Positions 18,901 through 26,880 of a stretch of DNA of 32,850 bases are shown here, piece by piece (the first letter of the stretch is position 1; every line of letters begins with the position of its first letter). The position numbers and the translations under genes are program-made. The notes beneath the pieces were generated by a model. The model saw only the letters and a list, made by a program, of their open reading frames with translations. It was not told the DNA's origin and searched no databases. The stretch lies in sequence record DRR723986_840; one strand, given 5' to 3'.

Positions 18901-21900
18901 CGCAGAATAGAGTGGCTCGGAGTGAATCGTTGGTGGACGATTTACTGCGCGACCGACGACTTCAACGGCGACGCTGTGCTGTTCGCTCGTGCCCTCAAAA
19001 GTGCTTGCCGTAAGCTCGACTGTATGTTCACCAAGCTGATCGCTGCTAGGCGTCCAGCGTAGAGTGTTGTTTGCGTCGAGCGTTACGCCATCGGGAGCTG
19101 AGTCAAGGGACCAAGCTAGCGGTCGGCCGAGCGCATCGGTCCCCGAGAGCTGGGTCAGATAGTCTTGCCCAACTCCAACTTGGTTCCGTGCAGGTGCGAT
19201 GTCGAATGGCGTCAACGCGGGCTGATCACTGACAACGACGACAGCGAAGTCGATTTTGCTGACGGCGCCTTCGGAGTCGCTCAGCTCAACGATGAAATCG
19301 TGCTCACCAGTATCGCTCGACGTTGGAGTCCAACGCAACGCACCGGAGTCCGGATCAAGTGTCGCTCCTGCCGGACCCGATAACAAGCTAAACTCGACGC
19401 TCTGTTGCTCGGCATCTTGAGCGGCTAGGTCGATCGCATACCTAAAGTCGACGTAGGCAGTTGGAAGCTGGCCAGAAGACTCGTGGATTGATCGGCTGAG
19501 GACCGGAGCACTGTTCGGCCCGGCGACGTTGACGTAGAAATCCTGAAGTGCAACCGAGCCGTCTTCCGCGGTGGCACGCAGCACGACCAGGTGCTCTCCA
19601 ACTTGAGCGATGGATGGCTTCCAAGCGACCAAGCCCGTCGCCGGATCGATGACCATACCATCCGGTGCGAGTGATAGATCGTAAACAATCGTCGGATCGC
19701 CAATGCCCATCGCAATCGAAGCGTAGGTGAACGTCTGGCGAGCTTCCACGTCACTGGACGGCATGGTGACGAAATGGACTCCGCCCGTCACTGAGGTATT
19801 GGTAGGACGAAGTGTGAAGTCGTTCTGCTCCGAGACCTCGTCGTTTGCTAAGGCAACGGTTAGCCCATCGCGGCCAGCGGAATCCGCCCAGCCAGCGGGT
19901 AGGTCAGTGCGAATGGTGTAAGTGCCTGCACTCAGACCAGCCAGGGCGAAATTGCCACTACGGTCGGACGTAGCCATCGGCTCGCCATCGTCGCGCTGCC
20001 CATTGTTGTTGAGATCTGCGTAGGTTTTCCAGTACGCAATCGCCTCGCCATCTTCGCTCTTTAGCTGACCGCGAATTTGACTAAGTGCTAATTGCGCGAC
20101 TGCTAGATCATAGCTGGGTACTGCATCTGGGTCCGTCTCGCGCACGATCTCGGGCTGGACCGTAGCAGTAAATTCAGTTGGAGTTTCGTAGCCAGCTACT
20201 GCAGAAACGCTCACTGGATAGTCGCCGGGCAACAGGCCATCGAAGGCATATTCACCACTCGAATTGGTGATGGCTTGATGTTCATGCGGATCGGGAAAGC
20301 CATTTCCATTTGCATCGATCCACAGGTGCCAGCCTTCTAGATTCGGCTCCGCCTCGACGCCTTCTTCGCTACCATCGTCTTGGTCACCATCACCGTTCAC
20401 GTCGTCGAACAACTGCCCCGTAATCGAACCACGCAGTTCAGGCAGCACTTCCAATGTGAACGACTGCACATCGCTACCCCCTCGACCGTCTTCAACGAGA
20501 ATCGTGAAGTCGTAGTTTCCAGTTTCGGTAAGTCCTTCGATGATTTGCGACTCACCTCCGTTTCGGACTCGGAAACCGGTGTTACCGTAGATGGAATGAT
20601 CTTCTACGGAGCGATTATTCTGGCCGTCTTCGAATCGAAAATCGAGAATCAGACGAGGATCATCTTGGTACTCTCGAGACATACCTTCGCGGATTTCTGA
20701 CTGAGAGCGGGCGTAGTTCCAAACCCGGTACTGGTCGTACCGCGCGCGGGTGTTACCGGCGCTACCAACTTGAGTGATACCTGGCGTAGTATTTAGTGGT
20801 TGCGGTGTGCTTGCTGTAGTGAAACCAACCAGTTGACCATCGAGGTACAATTCAGCCTGCCCGGTTTCCTCGGCGTAGGTTACTGCAACGTGATACCAGC
20901 GATCTGCTTCTGGAGTGATTGGAACGAAAAAGCGGAGATTTTCGCCAGGGAGCGAGATGTCAACTCGAATCGACCGGTTCGTCTCGTGCGTGGTTACCTG
21001 AATGCCTTGATCCTGGAGGATCATATTGAACCGGCTCAGGAATGTTAGCTGGACCCATGTTTCGATCGTGGTGCTCGAAGGCTTCAATGAGTCCGAGTAA
21101 GGAACGGAGATTGTGCCGGTCGTTCCAAAACGATTGAAGTCCTCAGCTTGGGTTCGGCCATCCCAGTGCAGTTCGCCGGTCGTCGGATCGATGCTTGAAT
21201 CTTTCGGTCCGTCTAACAGGGTAAACCGAAGGGGGTGATCTTCGGCGTCTAATGCGCGGGCGACATATGCAAAGTCCTCATTGGCACCAATTTGAGCGAT
21301 TGGATTCGTAGCGATGATCGGGGCAGTGTTCTCGCGTGCAGGCTCGACTTCGATCTTGAATGACTGAGTGGCGACGCCACCACGACCGTCATCGGCAGAG
21401 ATCGTCACGTCGTGAATGCCGACTTGATCTGGTGAAGCGGCCCATAAGATCGCCCCCGAATCACTATTGATGATCAACCCCCCGGGGCCGTCAACGATCG
21501 CATAGGTGAGTGCATCGTCGTCTGGATCGATGGCGTCAGCGTCGTAGCGGTAGACTTCGTTTGGATCGAAGCGATTGTAAATAACGCTCACCGTGTCGTC
21601 GCCCGAGTTGGTGACGACGAGATCCATGCGACCATCTTCATCCGCGTCGGCGCCGACGACACGACTAGGTGACTGGCCTACAGCAATTTGTTGCGCGCGA
21701 GCGAACTGATTGTTGCCAAGCCCGTAGTGAACACTCAAGGCATTTGCACTGGCTAACGTCGCTGCAATTTCAGGATAGCCATCATCGTTGAGGTCCAAGA
21801 CCGCGACATCGGAGGGCGAGGCCGAGAGACTGACGTAGACCGGAGCTGCGGCCGGATCGGACCCTACGCCACTCAAGATCATCAGTCGGTTGGAGTCGGG

Positions 21901-24900
21901 CAAAGTAACGATGGCGTCGAGTTGATTGTCGCCATCTGCGTCTTCGATCACAAACCTTCCAGGGCGATCTCCCAGCAAAATAGCAGTTGGCGTATCCAAG
22001 GCCATGGTGCCATTGCCCTCGTAGATCCACAGCGCTTGGTTGCCTTCATCTAAGACAAAGACTTCCGGATTGCCATCACCAGTGACGTCGACAGCTTCAA
22101 TGTCGATAGGCTGCGTTGCGAGACTTTCGGCTGATCCGACAGGAAAGTCCACATGGGTGTATCCATCTGTTTGTTTCCCGCTATAGACACTGACATTTCG
22201 ACCAACACGGTTGGCAACCAGTAGTTCGATTTGGCCATCGCCATCTAGATCCGTTGATGCAACGGCTTGAGGCGCCAGCCCCGACTGCAAGTCACTCTGA
22301 CGGGTCAAGCCGCCGAGATTGTCCCCCACGAAAATTTGCACTCGCTCCATCTGCTCTTGGACGGCGATCACTTCCTCGTTTCCGTCACCGTTGAGATCCA
22401 CGGCAATCATATCGACAAGATCATCTCGCCGGCCCATGTAGAGGGCGATCTCATCCGAACTCGTTCCCTGCGTGTTATAGATCAGGTCGAGATGGCCATC
22501 GTTGTCCCAGTCGATGAAGGGGTCGCGAATACCGAGTGGAATACCATGCATATTGACGCCGTCGACGACTTCAAAGTTGCCTGCACCATCTCCCTCCCAA
22601 AAAAGGAAAGAGCCATTTATGTCGGCCGCAACGGCGACAACAAAATCCTGGTTTCCATCTTGATTGAAATCTACCAGCCAGCTTTCACGACCACGCTGCT
22701 GCGTGCGAACAGGTTCCAACCAGTTAGAGATCGTAAAGTTCCCCTCACCGTCGTTGAGCAGCACGCGTGCTCCCAGATAGGAGTGCGCGACCAAGTCGAG
22801 ATCCCCGTCGTTATCGATGTCACCCGTTGCAAAATCTCCAGGCTCGACGGCAAGTCCATAGATGCCGCCCATCCTCTCCTCCTGGAAGGCGGCCACTTCG
22901 CTATACGGGGTGAAACCACCATCGCCATCACCGGCAAGAACAACAACGCGAACTTGTGGACCTGAGTAGCCCTCACGGTCTGCCGTTAGCAAATCCGGAA
23001 TGCCATCACCGGTAAAATCTCCAACGTCCCAGGATTCTTCCCAATTGGAGACATTGACTCCCTGAGCCCCTTCGCCCAATGAGTAGCTGAAGCTCAGTGT
23101 AAACGTACCCGGATTCAGGGGATCATTGAGATGTGCCTCAAAGTATCTTCCGACTTCTTCTTTGACAACGAAGTCCATGTAGCCATCAAGGTTCAGATCG
23201 ACTGGGTCAATCGTGTTGTAGCCATAGAATCCGCCACCGGAAATGTTTTGGTTGACCGTGAAAGTTCCGTCGCCGTTAGACAGCCCTACGTAGAGCCCAC
23301 CTTCCAAGTTGGAGACGACATCGTCCAAACCGTCGTTGTTGTAGTCCGCGACCGCTGCAACATGACCGGGTCGACGCACTCCTGATGCAGGGATCAGATC
23401 ACCGAACGTGCCATTGCCATTCCCTAGCGCCGTGACGTCCGAGGCAGTGTCAAGAATGTCAAAAACACCATCTCCATTAAAGTCGCCTATATGGGCGGCA
23501 TCGGTCCAAGAGGGCGTCAACCAGGGCTCGGTCCGCGTGCGTCCAAATTCTCCGGGACGCGTCCCCAAGAGGATCCCAACAGCGTGCTGGTCTGTCTGCC
23601 CGTTGAAGTTGTTGTCGGTGGTGAAGTAAGAAACATCAATGACTCCATCCGAGTTGTAGTCGCCAAACAGTGCACCTCGGACAGTCGCGTCTGTATAGGC
23701 GATTTTCAGACCCGTTGAGACTTCCGTTATTGCGTATTCGCGGAGCAGAAAATGACCAGTTCCATCGTTGAGCCCCACGCTGACGCCTTGCTTGCCCTGC
23801 TCAGTTCCAAAGACTAGATCTAGGTCGCCATCCTGATCCACGTCCATCGGCTCAAAGCCCATGGCCCAATTGTCCGGTCTCAGTCGGACACTGGTGCCTT
23901 CCTGGTATGTGAAATCGACTCCGCTACCGTCGCCGACTAGCAGGTCTAAGTTCCCACGCCATACGTGATGCAGGAGGATGTCTTGGTGCCCATCACCGGT
24001 GAAGTCCCCGACCTTCACCCAGTCGGCACCGTAGAACGCGTATCCATTGGGAGGCGTAATATCGTTGGCTAAAGTGAAGTTACCACTGCCATCATTGTGA
24101 AAAACCTGGATCAGCGGATAGTCGCCGGAGATCACGAAGTCTACGTCCCCGTCACCGTCCAAGTCACTAAGGCTGTACGGTGCACTGGTCTCGCGGAACC
24201 CAGAAACTCTGGTCTCTCGAAACACGTTCGGCGCCTCAAAGGTGCCGTCCCCAACACCGCGACTCCAGAATAGGTGTCGGTTGTTGCCGCGAGTCTCGAA
24301 CGTCCTCCCGAATAGATCTAGCACTCCATCGCCGTCAATGTCCTCCACCACGAAGTCACCGATGATGGCGTCCTCGTATGACGATTGCATGATCGGCTCA
24401 AACGTTCCATCGCCGTTTCCGAGCGAAACGAAGAGCGTGCCACCGTTGTGGTATTCGGCGAAAAGAATGTCATCTTTGCCATCGGCATTTACATCCTGTA
24501 CCAGGATGGTCCGAACGTAAGTCTGATAGCTGTAGATCTCGTTCTCGTACAAATCGATCGGCGCGCCAAACATGCCATTGCCGTCGTTGAGAACGACGGT
24601 GAGCTTGAAAGTCCCGATACTGTTGTCATTGATTCGGTCGAAGTGGTGCCCGACAACCATGTCGAGGTATCCATCACCGTTAAAGTCACCGTGGTCGTAG
24701 GTGGAGATGTCGTAGAAGTAATTAGCCGCTTGTCGAGCCTCGGGGGCACCAAAACCGACCGTCGTGCCCGAATCCACCCACTGGCCATTGCGCTGTGGAT
24801 GGCCGGTTGAAAACTCCTCCGCTTCATCAAAGCGGTCGTTGTTCTCGCCGGCGTAAACACCAATTGTCTGATCCGCGGCGTTGGCGGTAACGATGCGAGG

Positions 24901-26565
24901 TCCTCGGAAGCCGCTGATGACCGCTGCGCCGGCTGGTGAAGAGCCGACGCCGACCGTGGTGACTTCAAATCCGCTGGATGCAACCGCCTCAGTCACTGGA
25001 TCCGTAGTAAAGACAGGTGGACGGTTCTGCTGAATTTCCTTAACCGTGACCGAAAACGGCTGTTCGACGTACAAGCCGTGAGGATCGCTAGCGCGGACGA
25101 TCATTCGGTGCTGTCCAACGTTCTCGGCCGTCGTTGGCCAAGAGAGTTCACCGGTCACGCTATCGATAGCAGCGCCCTCTGGACCGCTAACCAGACTGTA
25201 AACCAGCGGTTGGCCGTCTGGATCGGAGGCTGCCGCGGTGTAACGATAAGTTCGGCCCGCCTCGATCGAGCTGCCTGGCGTGGTTCCAAATGATCCTGGA
25301 GCCTGATTGACATCTCCAAGAGTCCGAAGGTTGTAACTAAATCGCTCGCCAGTGTTATTGCGAAAACGAATTTCGCGGGAGCGGATCGTCGCGCCGGGCT
25401 CAAGCGGCTGGCCATCCATTTGACGACTCAAGTCGAAGAATGGATGGCCATCTGCTGTGAAGCCGTCCGGATTGAGCGGCGTTGCGTCAAGGTCGCTCAT
25501 GTTTTCGACGACCACGATCACGCGTCCCATAACCGCTTGCCGTCCTTGGTTGGTGACTGCGAACTCTGTAATCAAGTCGGTGTTATCTCCCGAGAGGCTC
25601 GTTCGGCCATAGCTGGGAACCAGGCTCGACGAAAGATCGCTCAGCTCTTGCCATGGCACCGGCGCGATACCAACACTTTGCGCTGCAAAGCCGCTTTGCC
25701 CAGCAGGTGGCACGACGTCTGAATCGATGACTTCGAATCCACGAACAATGACACTGGACGTGTCGTCGCCATCGTTATTCACAAGCCTCGTTCGCACGAT
25801 AACTTCGGTACCGGCTTCCGTACCGGCCAAGTAGATTGTGGCCGATGAATCCTCGCCCGCTGGCGCAGTGGTCGTTTGAACGCCTGGGCCAAAGACGACT
25901 CCTTCTCCTTCGGTCCAGTTGTAGCTAGCGTCGCGACCGGGCTGGTACGCAAACGCTACGGGATTGCCCGTAGTGTCCGTTACTTCAATCTCAAATGCAT
26001 CTCGTACACCATCTCCGGTAGAGTCAAACTCCGGTGCTTGGAAGAGTACTTTCACCGCTGATGTGTCATCAGGCAGCGTCAGTCGCCGAGTCAGCTCAGT
26101 CGCAAAGCCACTTCCCTCGATCAATTGCGGCGAACAACTCGCATTGGCCCACGATCCGCCCGAGGACGCCAGCCCGCCTGGCTGCGGATCCGCTCCAGAA
26201 TTGATGTGATTGATAACCACCAGCGCATCACTTGCGGTCGCAAAGCCATCGCAGTTGACGTCAAGGAAGGGGGGGCGGCCGTCGCCATCGATCTGCTTTG
26301 GAAGTCGACCGGTTTGAGGATCACTGTAGCGAGGACCATTGAGCTCGTTGACCAGAACCAAGACATCACTTGGGACGACAAAACCTTCAGCGTCGCCATT
26401 GACATTGAGCGGACTGACCGCGTTGTTCCAAACTGCCGCCGTTAAGACTCGCCGGGCTTCCAGTTGTTCAAATCGGCATGCGCGGTCTTGCCGCTTCCGC
26501 GCACGTTTTCGCGATAAAAGGGAAAGTAGGCGGTTGCTGGTCTTCTTCGTCGGACTTGGTTTCAT
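12991..26565 (-). CDS. Giant secreted adhesin-Rhs (YD-repeat) polymorphic-toxin-like protein, 4524 aa
   Basis: Uninterrupted 13,575-nt ORF. Order: basic N-terminus with RFEQLEARRVL, dockerin-like pair, Ig/cadherin-like repeats, FG-GAP repeats, LamG-like domain, two SdrD-B-like domains, seven Ig repeats, Rhs entry region (IPIEITRIYDT...GDFGYGW), YD repeats, Rhs core (RARYLNTETGRFVSRDP...PLNYTDPSG), and a 169-aa C-terminal tip. Confidence 0.95.
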   Translation of the reverse strand: MKPSPTKKTSNRLLSLLSRKRARKRQDRACRFEQLEARRVLTAAVWNNAVSPLNVNGDAEGFVVPSDVLVLVNELNGPRYSDPQTGRLPKQIDGDGRPPFLDVNCDGFATASDALVVINHINSGADPQPGGLASSGGSWANASCSPQLIEGSGFATELTRRLTLPDDTSAVKVLFQAPEFDSTGDGVRDAFEIEVTDTTGNPVAFAYQPGRDASYNWTEGEGVVFGPGVQTTTAPAGEDSSATIYLAGTEAGTEVIVRTRLVNNDGDDTSSVIVRGFEVIDSDVVPPAGQSGFAAQSVGIAPVPWQELSDLSSSLVPSYGRTSLSGDNTDLITEFAVTNQGRQAVMGRVIVVVENMSDLDATPLNPDGFTADGHPFFDLSRQMDGQPLEPGATIRSREIRFRNNTGERFSYNLRTLGDVNQAPGSFGTTPGSSIEAGRTYRYTAAASDPDGQPLVYSLVSGPEGAAIDSVTGELSWPTTAENVGQHRMIVRASDPHGLYVEQPFSVTVKEIQQNRPPVFTTDPVTEAVASSGFEVTTVGVGSSPAGAAVISGFRGPRIVTANAADQTIGVYAGENNDRFDEAEEFSTGHPQRNGQWVDSGTTVGFGAPEARQAANYFYDISTYDHGDFNGDGYLDMVVGHHFDRINDNSIGTFKLTVVLNDGNGMFGAPIDLYENEIYSYQTYVRTILVQDVNADGKDDILFAEYHNGGTLFVSLGNGDGTFEPIMQSSYEDAIIGDFVVEDIDGDGVLDLFGRTFETRGNNRHLFWSRGVGDGTFEAPNVFRETRVSGFRETSAPYSLSDLDGDGDVDFVISGDYPLIQVFHNDGSGNFTLANDITPPNGYAFYGADWVKVGDFTGDGHQDILLHHVWRGNLDLLVGDGSGVDFTYQEGTSVRLRPDNWAMGFEPMDVDQDGDLDLVFGTEQGKQGVSVGLNDGTGHFLLREYAITEVSTGLKIAYTDATVRGALFGDYNSDGVIDVSYFTTDNNFNGQTDQHAVGILLGTRPGEFGRTRTEPWLTPSWTDAAHIGDFNGDGVFDILDTASDVTALGNGNGTFGDLIPASGVRRPGHVAAVADYNNDGLDDVVSNLEGGLYVGLSNGDGTFTVNQNISGGGFYGYNTIDPVDLNLDGYMDFVVKEEVGRYFEAHLNDPLNPGTFTLSFSYSLGEGAQGVNVSNWEESWDVGDFTGDGIPDLLTADREGYSGPQVRVVVLAGDGDGGFTPYSEVAAFQEERMGGIYGLAVEPGDFATGDIDNDGDLDLVAHSYLGARVLLNDGEGNFTISNWLEPVRTQQRGRESWLVDFNQDGNQDFVVAVAADINGSFLFWEGDGAGNFEVVDGVNMHGIPLGIRDPFIDWDNDGHLDLIYNTQGTSSDEIALYMGRRDDLVDMIAVDLNGDGNEEVIAVQEQMERVQIFVGDNLGGLTRQSDLQSGLAPQAVASTDLDGDGQIELLVANRVGRNVSVYSGKQTDGYTHVDFPVGSAESLATQPIDIEAVDVTGDGNPEVFVLDEGNQALWIYEGNGTMALDTPTAILLGDRPGRFVIEDADGDNQLDAIVTLPDSNRLMILSGVGSDPAAAPVYVSLSASPSDVAVLDLNDDGYPEIAATLASANALSVHYGLGNNQFARAQQIAVGQSPSRVVGADADEDGRMDLVVTNSGDDTVSVIYNRFDPNEVYRYDADAIDPDDDALTYAIVDGPGGLIINSDSGAILWAASPDQVGIHDVTISADDGRGGVATQSFKIEVEPARENTAPIIATNPIAQIGANEDFAYVARALDAEDHPLRFTLLDGPKDSSIDPTTGELHWDGRTQAEDFNRFGTTGTISVPYSDSLKPSSTTIETWVQLTFLSRFNMILQDQGIQVTTHETNRSIRVDISLPGENLRFFVPITPEADRWYHVAVTYAEETGQAELYLDGQLVGFTTASTPQPLNTTPGITQVGSAGNTRARYDQYRVWNYARSQSEIREGMSREYQDDPRLILDFRFEDGQNNRSVEDHSIYGNTGFRVRNGGESQIIEGLTETGNYDFTILVEDGRGGSDVQSFTLEVLPELRGSITGQLFDDVNGDGDQDDGSEEGVEAEPNLEGWHLWIDANGNGFPDPHEHQAITNSSGEYAFDGLLPGDYPVSVSAVAGYETPTEFTATVQPEIVRETDPDAVPSYDLAVAQLALSQIRGQLKSEDGEAIAYWKTYADLNNNGQRDDGEPMATSDRSGNFALAGLSAGTYTIRTDLPAGWADSAGRDGLTVALANDEVSEQNDFTLRPTNTSVTGGVHFVTMPSSDVEARQTFTYASIAMGIGDPTIVYDLSLAPDGMVIDPATGLVAWKPSIAQVGEHLVVLRATAEDGSVALQDFYVNVAGPNSAPVLSRSIHESSGQLPTAYVDFRYAIDLAAQDAEQQSVEFSLLSGPAGATLDPDSGALRWTPTSSDTGEHDFIVELSDSEGAVSKIDFAVVVVSDQPALTPFDIAPARNQVGVGQDYLTQLSGTDALGRPLAWSLDSAPDGVTLDANNTLRWTPSSDQLGEHTVELTASTFEGTSEQHSVAVEVVGRAVNRPPTIHSEPLYSATVDRAFEYDIEADDADLDVLAYALLDSPAGMSIHPDHGTLRWTPADDQRGEHSVQVQVTDPDGTTDTQSFEVTVSRFGGPPRITSIAPVEAAVGQGYLYSVEAVDSEGDPLTYSLLTAPEGMTIVEDTGEVSWTPGATQLGEQDVVIQVSDGVGGTTTQAFRIAVAEGLANLPPTITTTASRFAAVGSTYSYRVAAIDPENTTVEYTLAAGPDGMTVEPESGNVAWTPSAEQVGQHVVTLLATDAGGASAVESFLIDVLADNSIPAILATPPSEATAGARFVFDIQARDADLDPLTFELTTAPEGASIDPFGALHWTPSDEQIGNHDFEVRVSDPRGGEARQSFEIEVVADTQPPKVSLIETPNDASRNILPWQGPFRVFARAIDNVEVASLTLTANGQDIPLDASGSATFEFEDWFFNTITATATATDINGNTASRTISFNYDVPEGWSSNPGPEVPTAIITSPADNGTAVGMVSITGTADHENFGAYTLSYRHVDDTSFTEFHRSTTPVVDGELGVWDTSLLLNDEYVIRLQVATTEGAANVVEHSVGLAGELKVGNFQLSFTDMVIPVAGIPIEITRIYDTLQADRQGDFGYGWRLEYRNTDLRVGLPKSGLEDIGIYTPLRPGVKVFLNVPGEGRQGFTFNPDIRVLPGWGGNNLVLARPRFTPDPGVTSTLGTGTSSYLQVNDRGELYAPGGIPYNPASPDFGGAYVLTTREGRSYRVNGSSGKLDSVRDRNGNTLRFTESSISYGDNATSLYLQRDASGRIVSIVDPSGNSLQYRYSSAGDLRHVVDREGHETTLVYSTAREHYLEDVIDPLGRSGAKTEYDEDGRLIKVYDSLGNPVAFSSDPNNFIESLTDAGGNEYTVEYDQQGNIVTQIDARGAVTRRAFDLQGNLTSETDPVGNTTIYTYDASSNLTSITDPLGGKQVYQYGINGVIVEEVDAIGAATSWTHDTNGNPLTRTDPDGSVTLFTYDLSGNVVAVTDAEGNLSTYTYDSLGNMLSETDPLGHTVSYTYDGSNNRLTESFHQTLASGVAQVNTTWEYDGNDRVVSMIDAAGNVERTEYNSLGLESARIDARGNRTEYMYDERGLLVSTLYADGTSTRISYDASGRQTQYADQLGRVTQYIHDAVGNVVTTIYSDETPGDDSDNPRVHTTYNLANRVTSGIDEVGNRTVYQYDANGRLAKTFFPDSTPENLTDNIVIENRYDARGFRTQQKDPSSGLTRYEYDSRGNLVVTRFADGTVTQQSFDSLQRRVESIDQNDVPTTYEYDPNGRLVAVVQNHRDPRTEYEYDERGNLTRQTDPNGNATHYHYDTLSRRVGTTMALGQESWTTYDAVGNMATHTNFNGNTIRYSYDVMNRMVLRELPDGARFAYTYTATGQKRTVIDERGITAYIYDAQDRVTSRTEPDGTEISYTYDMAGRELTQTTPAGTVTKTYSALGNLNTVADPDGGITTYVYDARGRQVEIQLPNGVVDTYTLDELSRIRRIDSTGPNGLLRSMVYTLDATGRRIQIAEESGRVVDYEYDSLYRLVAEHIVEPNTGDRTIEFTYDAFGNRLEKQDSVEGLTTYTYDANDRLVELNHDGVITTYTHDANGNTLTEFKDNDNHRSYTWNAENRLIAATVVEDGISTESTYKYDEEGLRVEETTADTTTRSLLDKNVQYAHVVLEYAPDGVVQASYVRGNQLVSMSRDNERAYYHSDAIGTIKMLTDGTGGIRNEYTYDAFGNTLHSVTGIRNPMLYAGEYRADSIGWDFLRARYLNTETGRFVSRDPFDGFISEPLSLNRWTYVQNDPLNYTDPSGNFGLKEVAISGFIVGTLVGIFFTGPAVAEFFGGSEVVAGYQEGGEFLFEKNGVRYYRVIRNPATYYATYGATVVLSGLAGAAIFSGGFLLATSGGGGAAAMAEATGLPVEFFAGGLGTLEVVNGVQKIKLSAEAARWVTVAYEALGSTQVATGGSLVSVEFMKFLLRWK
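13501..16770 (-). repeat. YD/Rhs repeat array and Rhs-associated core with the autoproteolysis motif
   Basis: Dozens of xxYxYDxxGxxxxxxDxxG units (for example YTYDSLGNMLSETDPLGHTVSYTYDGSNN). The array ends in GRFVSRDP...DPSG, whose Gly codon is at 13501-13503. Confidence 0.92.
17851..19785 (-). repeat. Seven tandem Ig/cadherin-like (putative Ig, He_PIG-like) repeats of about 92 aa
   Basis: Recurring pattern NxPPxI...YxY...AxDxD..LxYxL..(G/A)PxG..I...G...WTP...QxGxH.....D..G....QSF. Confidence 0.85.
21560..24978 (-). repeat. FG-GAP/VCBS beta-propeller repeat block
   Basis: More than 15 DxxxDGxxD Ca-binding motifs (GDFNGDGYLD, DVNADGKDD, DLDGDGDVD, GDYNSDGVID, DLNGDGNEE, DADEDGRMD) followed by GxGDGTF-type turns. 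Confidence 0.88.
26200..26565 (-). other. Planctomycete extracellular-protein N-terminal motif plus dockerin-like EF-hand pair
   Basis: MKPS...RKRARKRQDRACRFEQLEARRVLT, then PLNVNGDAEGFVVPSDVLVLVNELN and FLDVNCDGFATASDALVVINHIN. Confidence 0.75.
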
Positions 26566-26629
26566 TACTTCTAGCCAGGCTGCTGGTCATTTGGGCAGGA
26601 AGCGTTGCTCGCTGGGCGCATGACGTTCC

Positions 26630-26664
26630 GCGGTTCGTGGTATCGTTGTTACCGAACGAACCGC
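26630..26664. promoter_or_regulatory. Stem-loop in the presumed 5' leader of the giant Rhs gene
   Basis: Perfect 9-bp arms GCGGTTCGT/ACGAACCGC with an inner GGTA/TACC stem, 65-99 nt upstream of the ATG. The structure is clear but its function is unknown. Confidence 0.45.
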
Positions 26665-26777
26665 TAGATCTTGCAGCATTGCTGACATAAAGTTCCAACA
26701 TTACTGGCCGTGCCCCTCTGTTCGGGAGATCCGCCGTAGCTCTGCGGATGACGTTTTCTTCAGCGAGTTCGCCCGGA

Positions 26778-26807
26778 TCGAAATCTGGTCGCGCGATGAT
26801 CTACAAT
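26778..26807 (+). promoter_or_regulatory. Candidate sigma70 promoter for the ECF-kinase operon
   Basis: TCGAAA-N18-TACAAT, 73 nt upstream of the ECF start. Consensus match only. Confidence 0.3.
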
Positions 26808-26880
26808 GATGAGGCCACGTTCAAAGAGAAAACGTTCGGAATTTGAGTGCAAGAATTCGCGTGTTGCAGGGTAACCCATC

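Noticed and set aside
12991-26565. Many antisense and off-frame ORFs inside the giant gene (for example 22267-22965 +), and similar ones over other genes
   Set aside because: These are shadow ORFs expected from codon bias in long GC-rich genes, with no motifs of their own.
26751-26835. 9-bp inverted pair ACGTTTTCT...AGAAAACGT, a possible shared ECF -35 facing each divergent gene
   Set aside because: The downstream -10 regions do not match each other, and a 9-bp match in about 315 nt has a rough chance expectation near 0.2.
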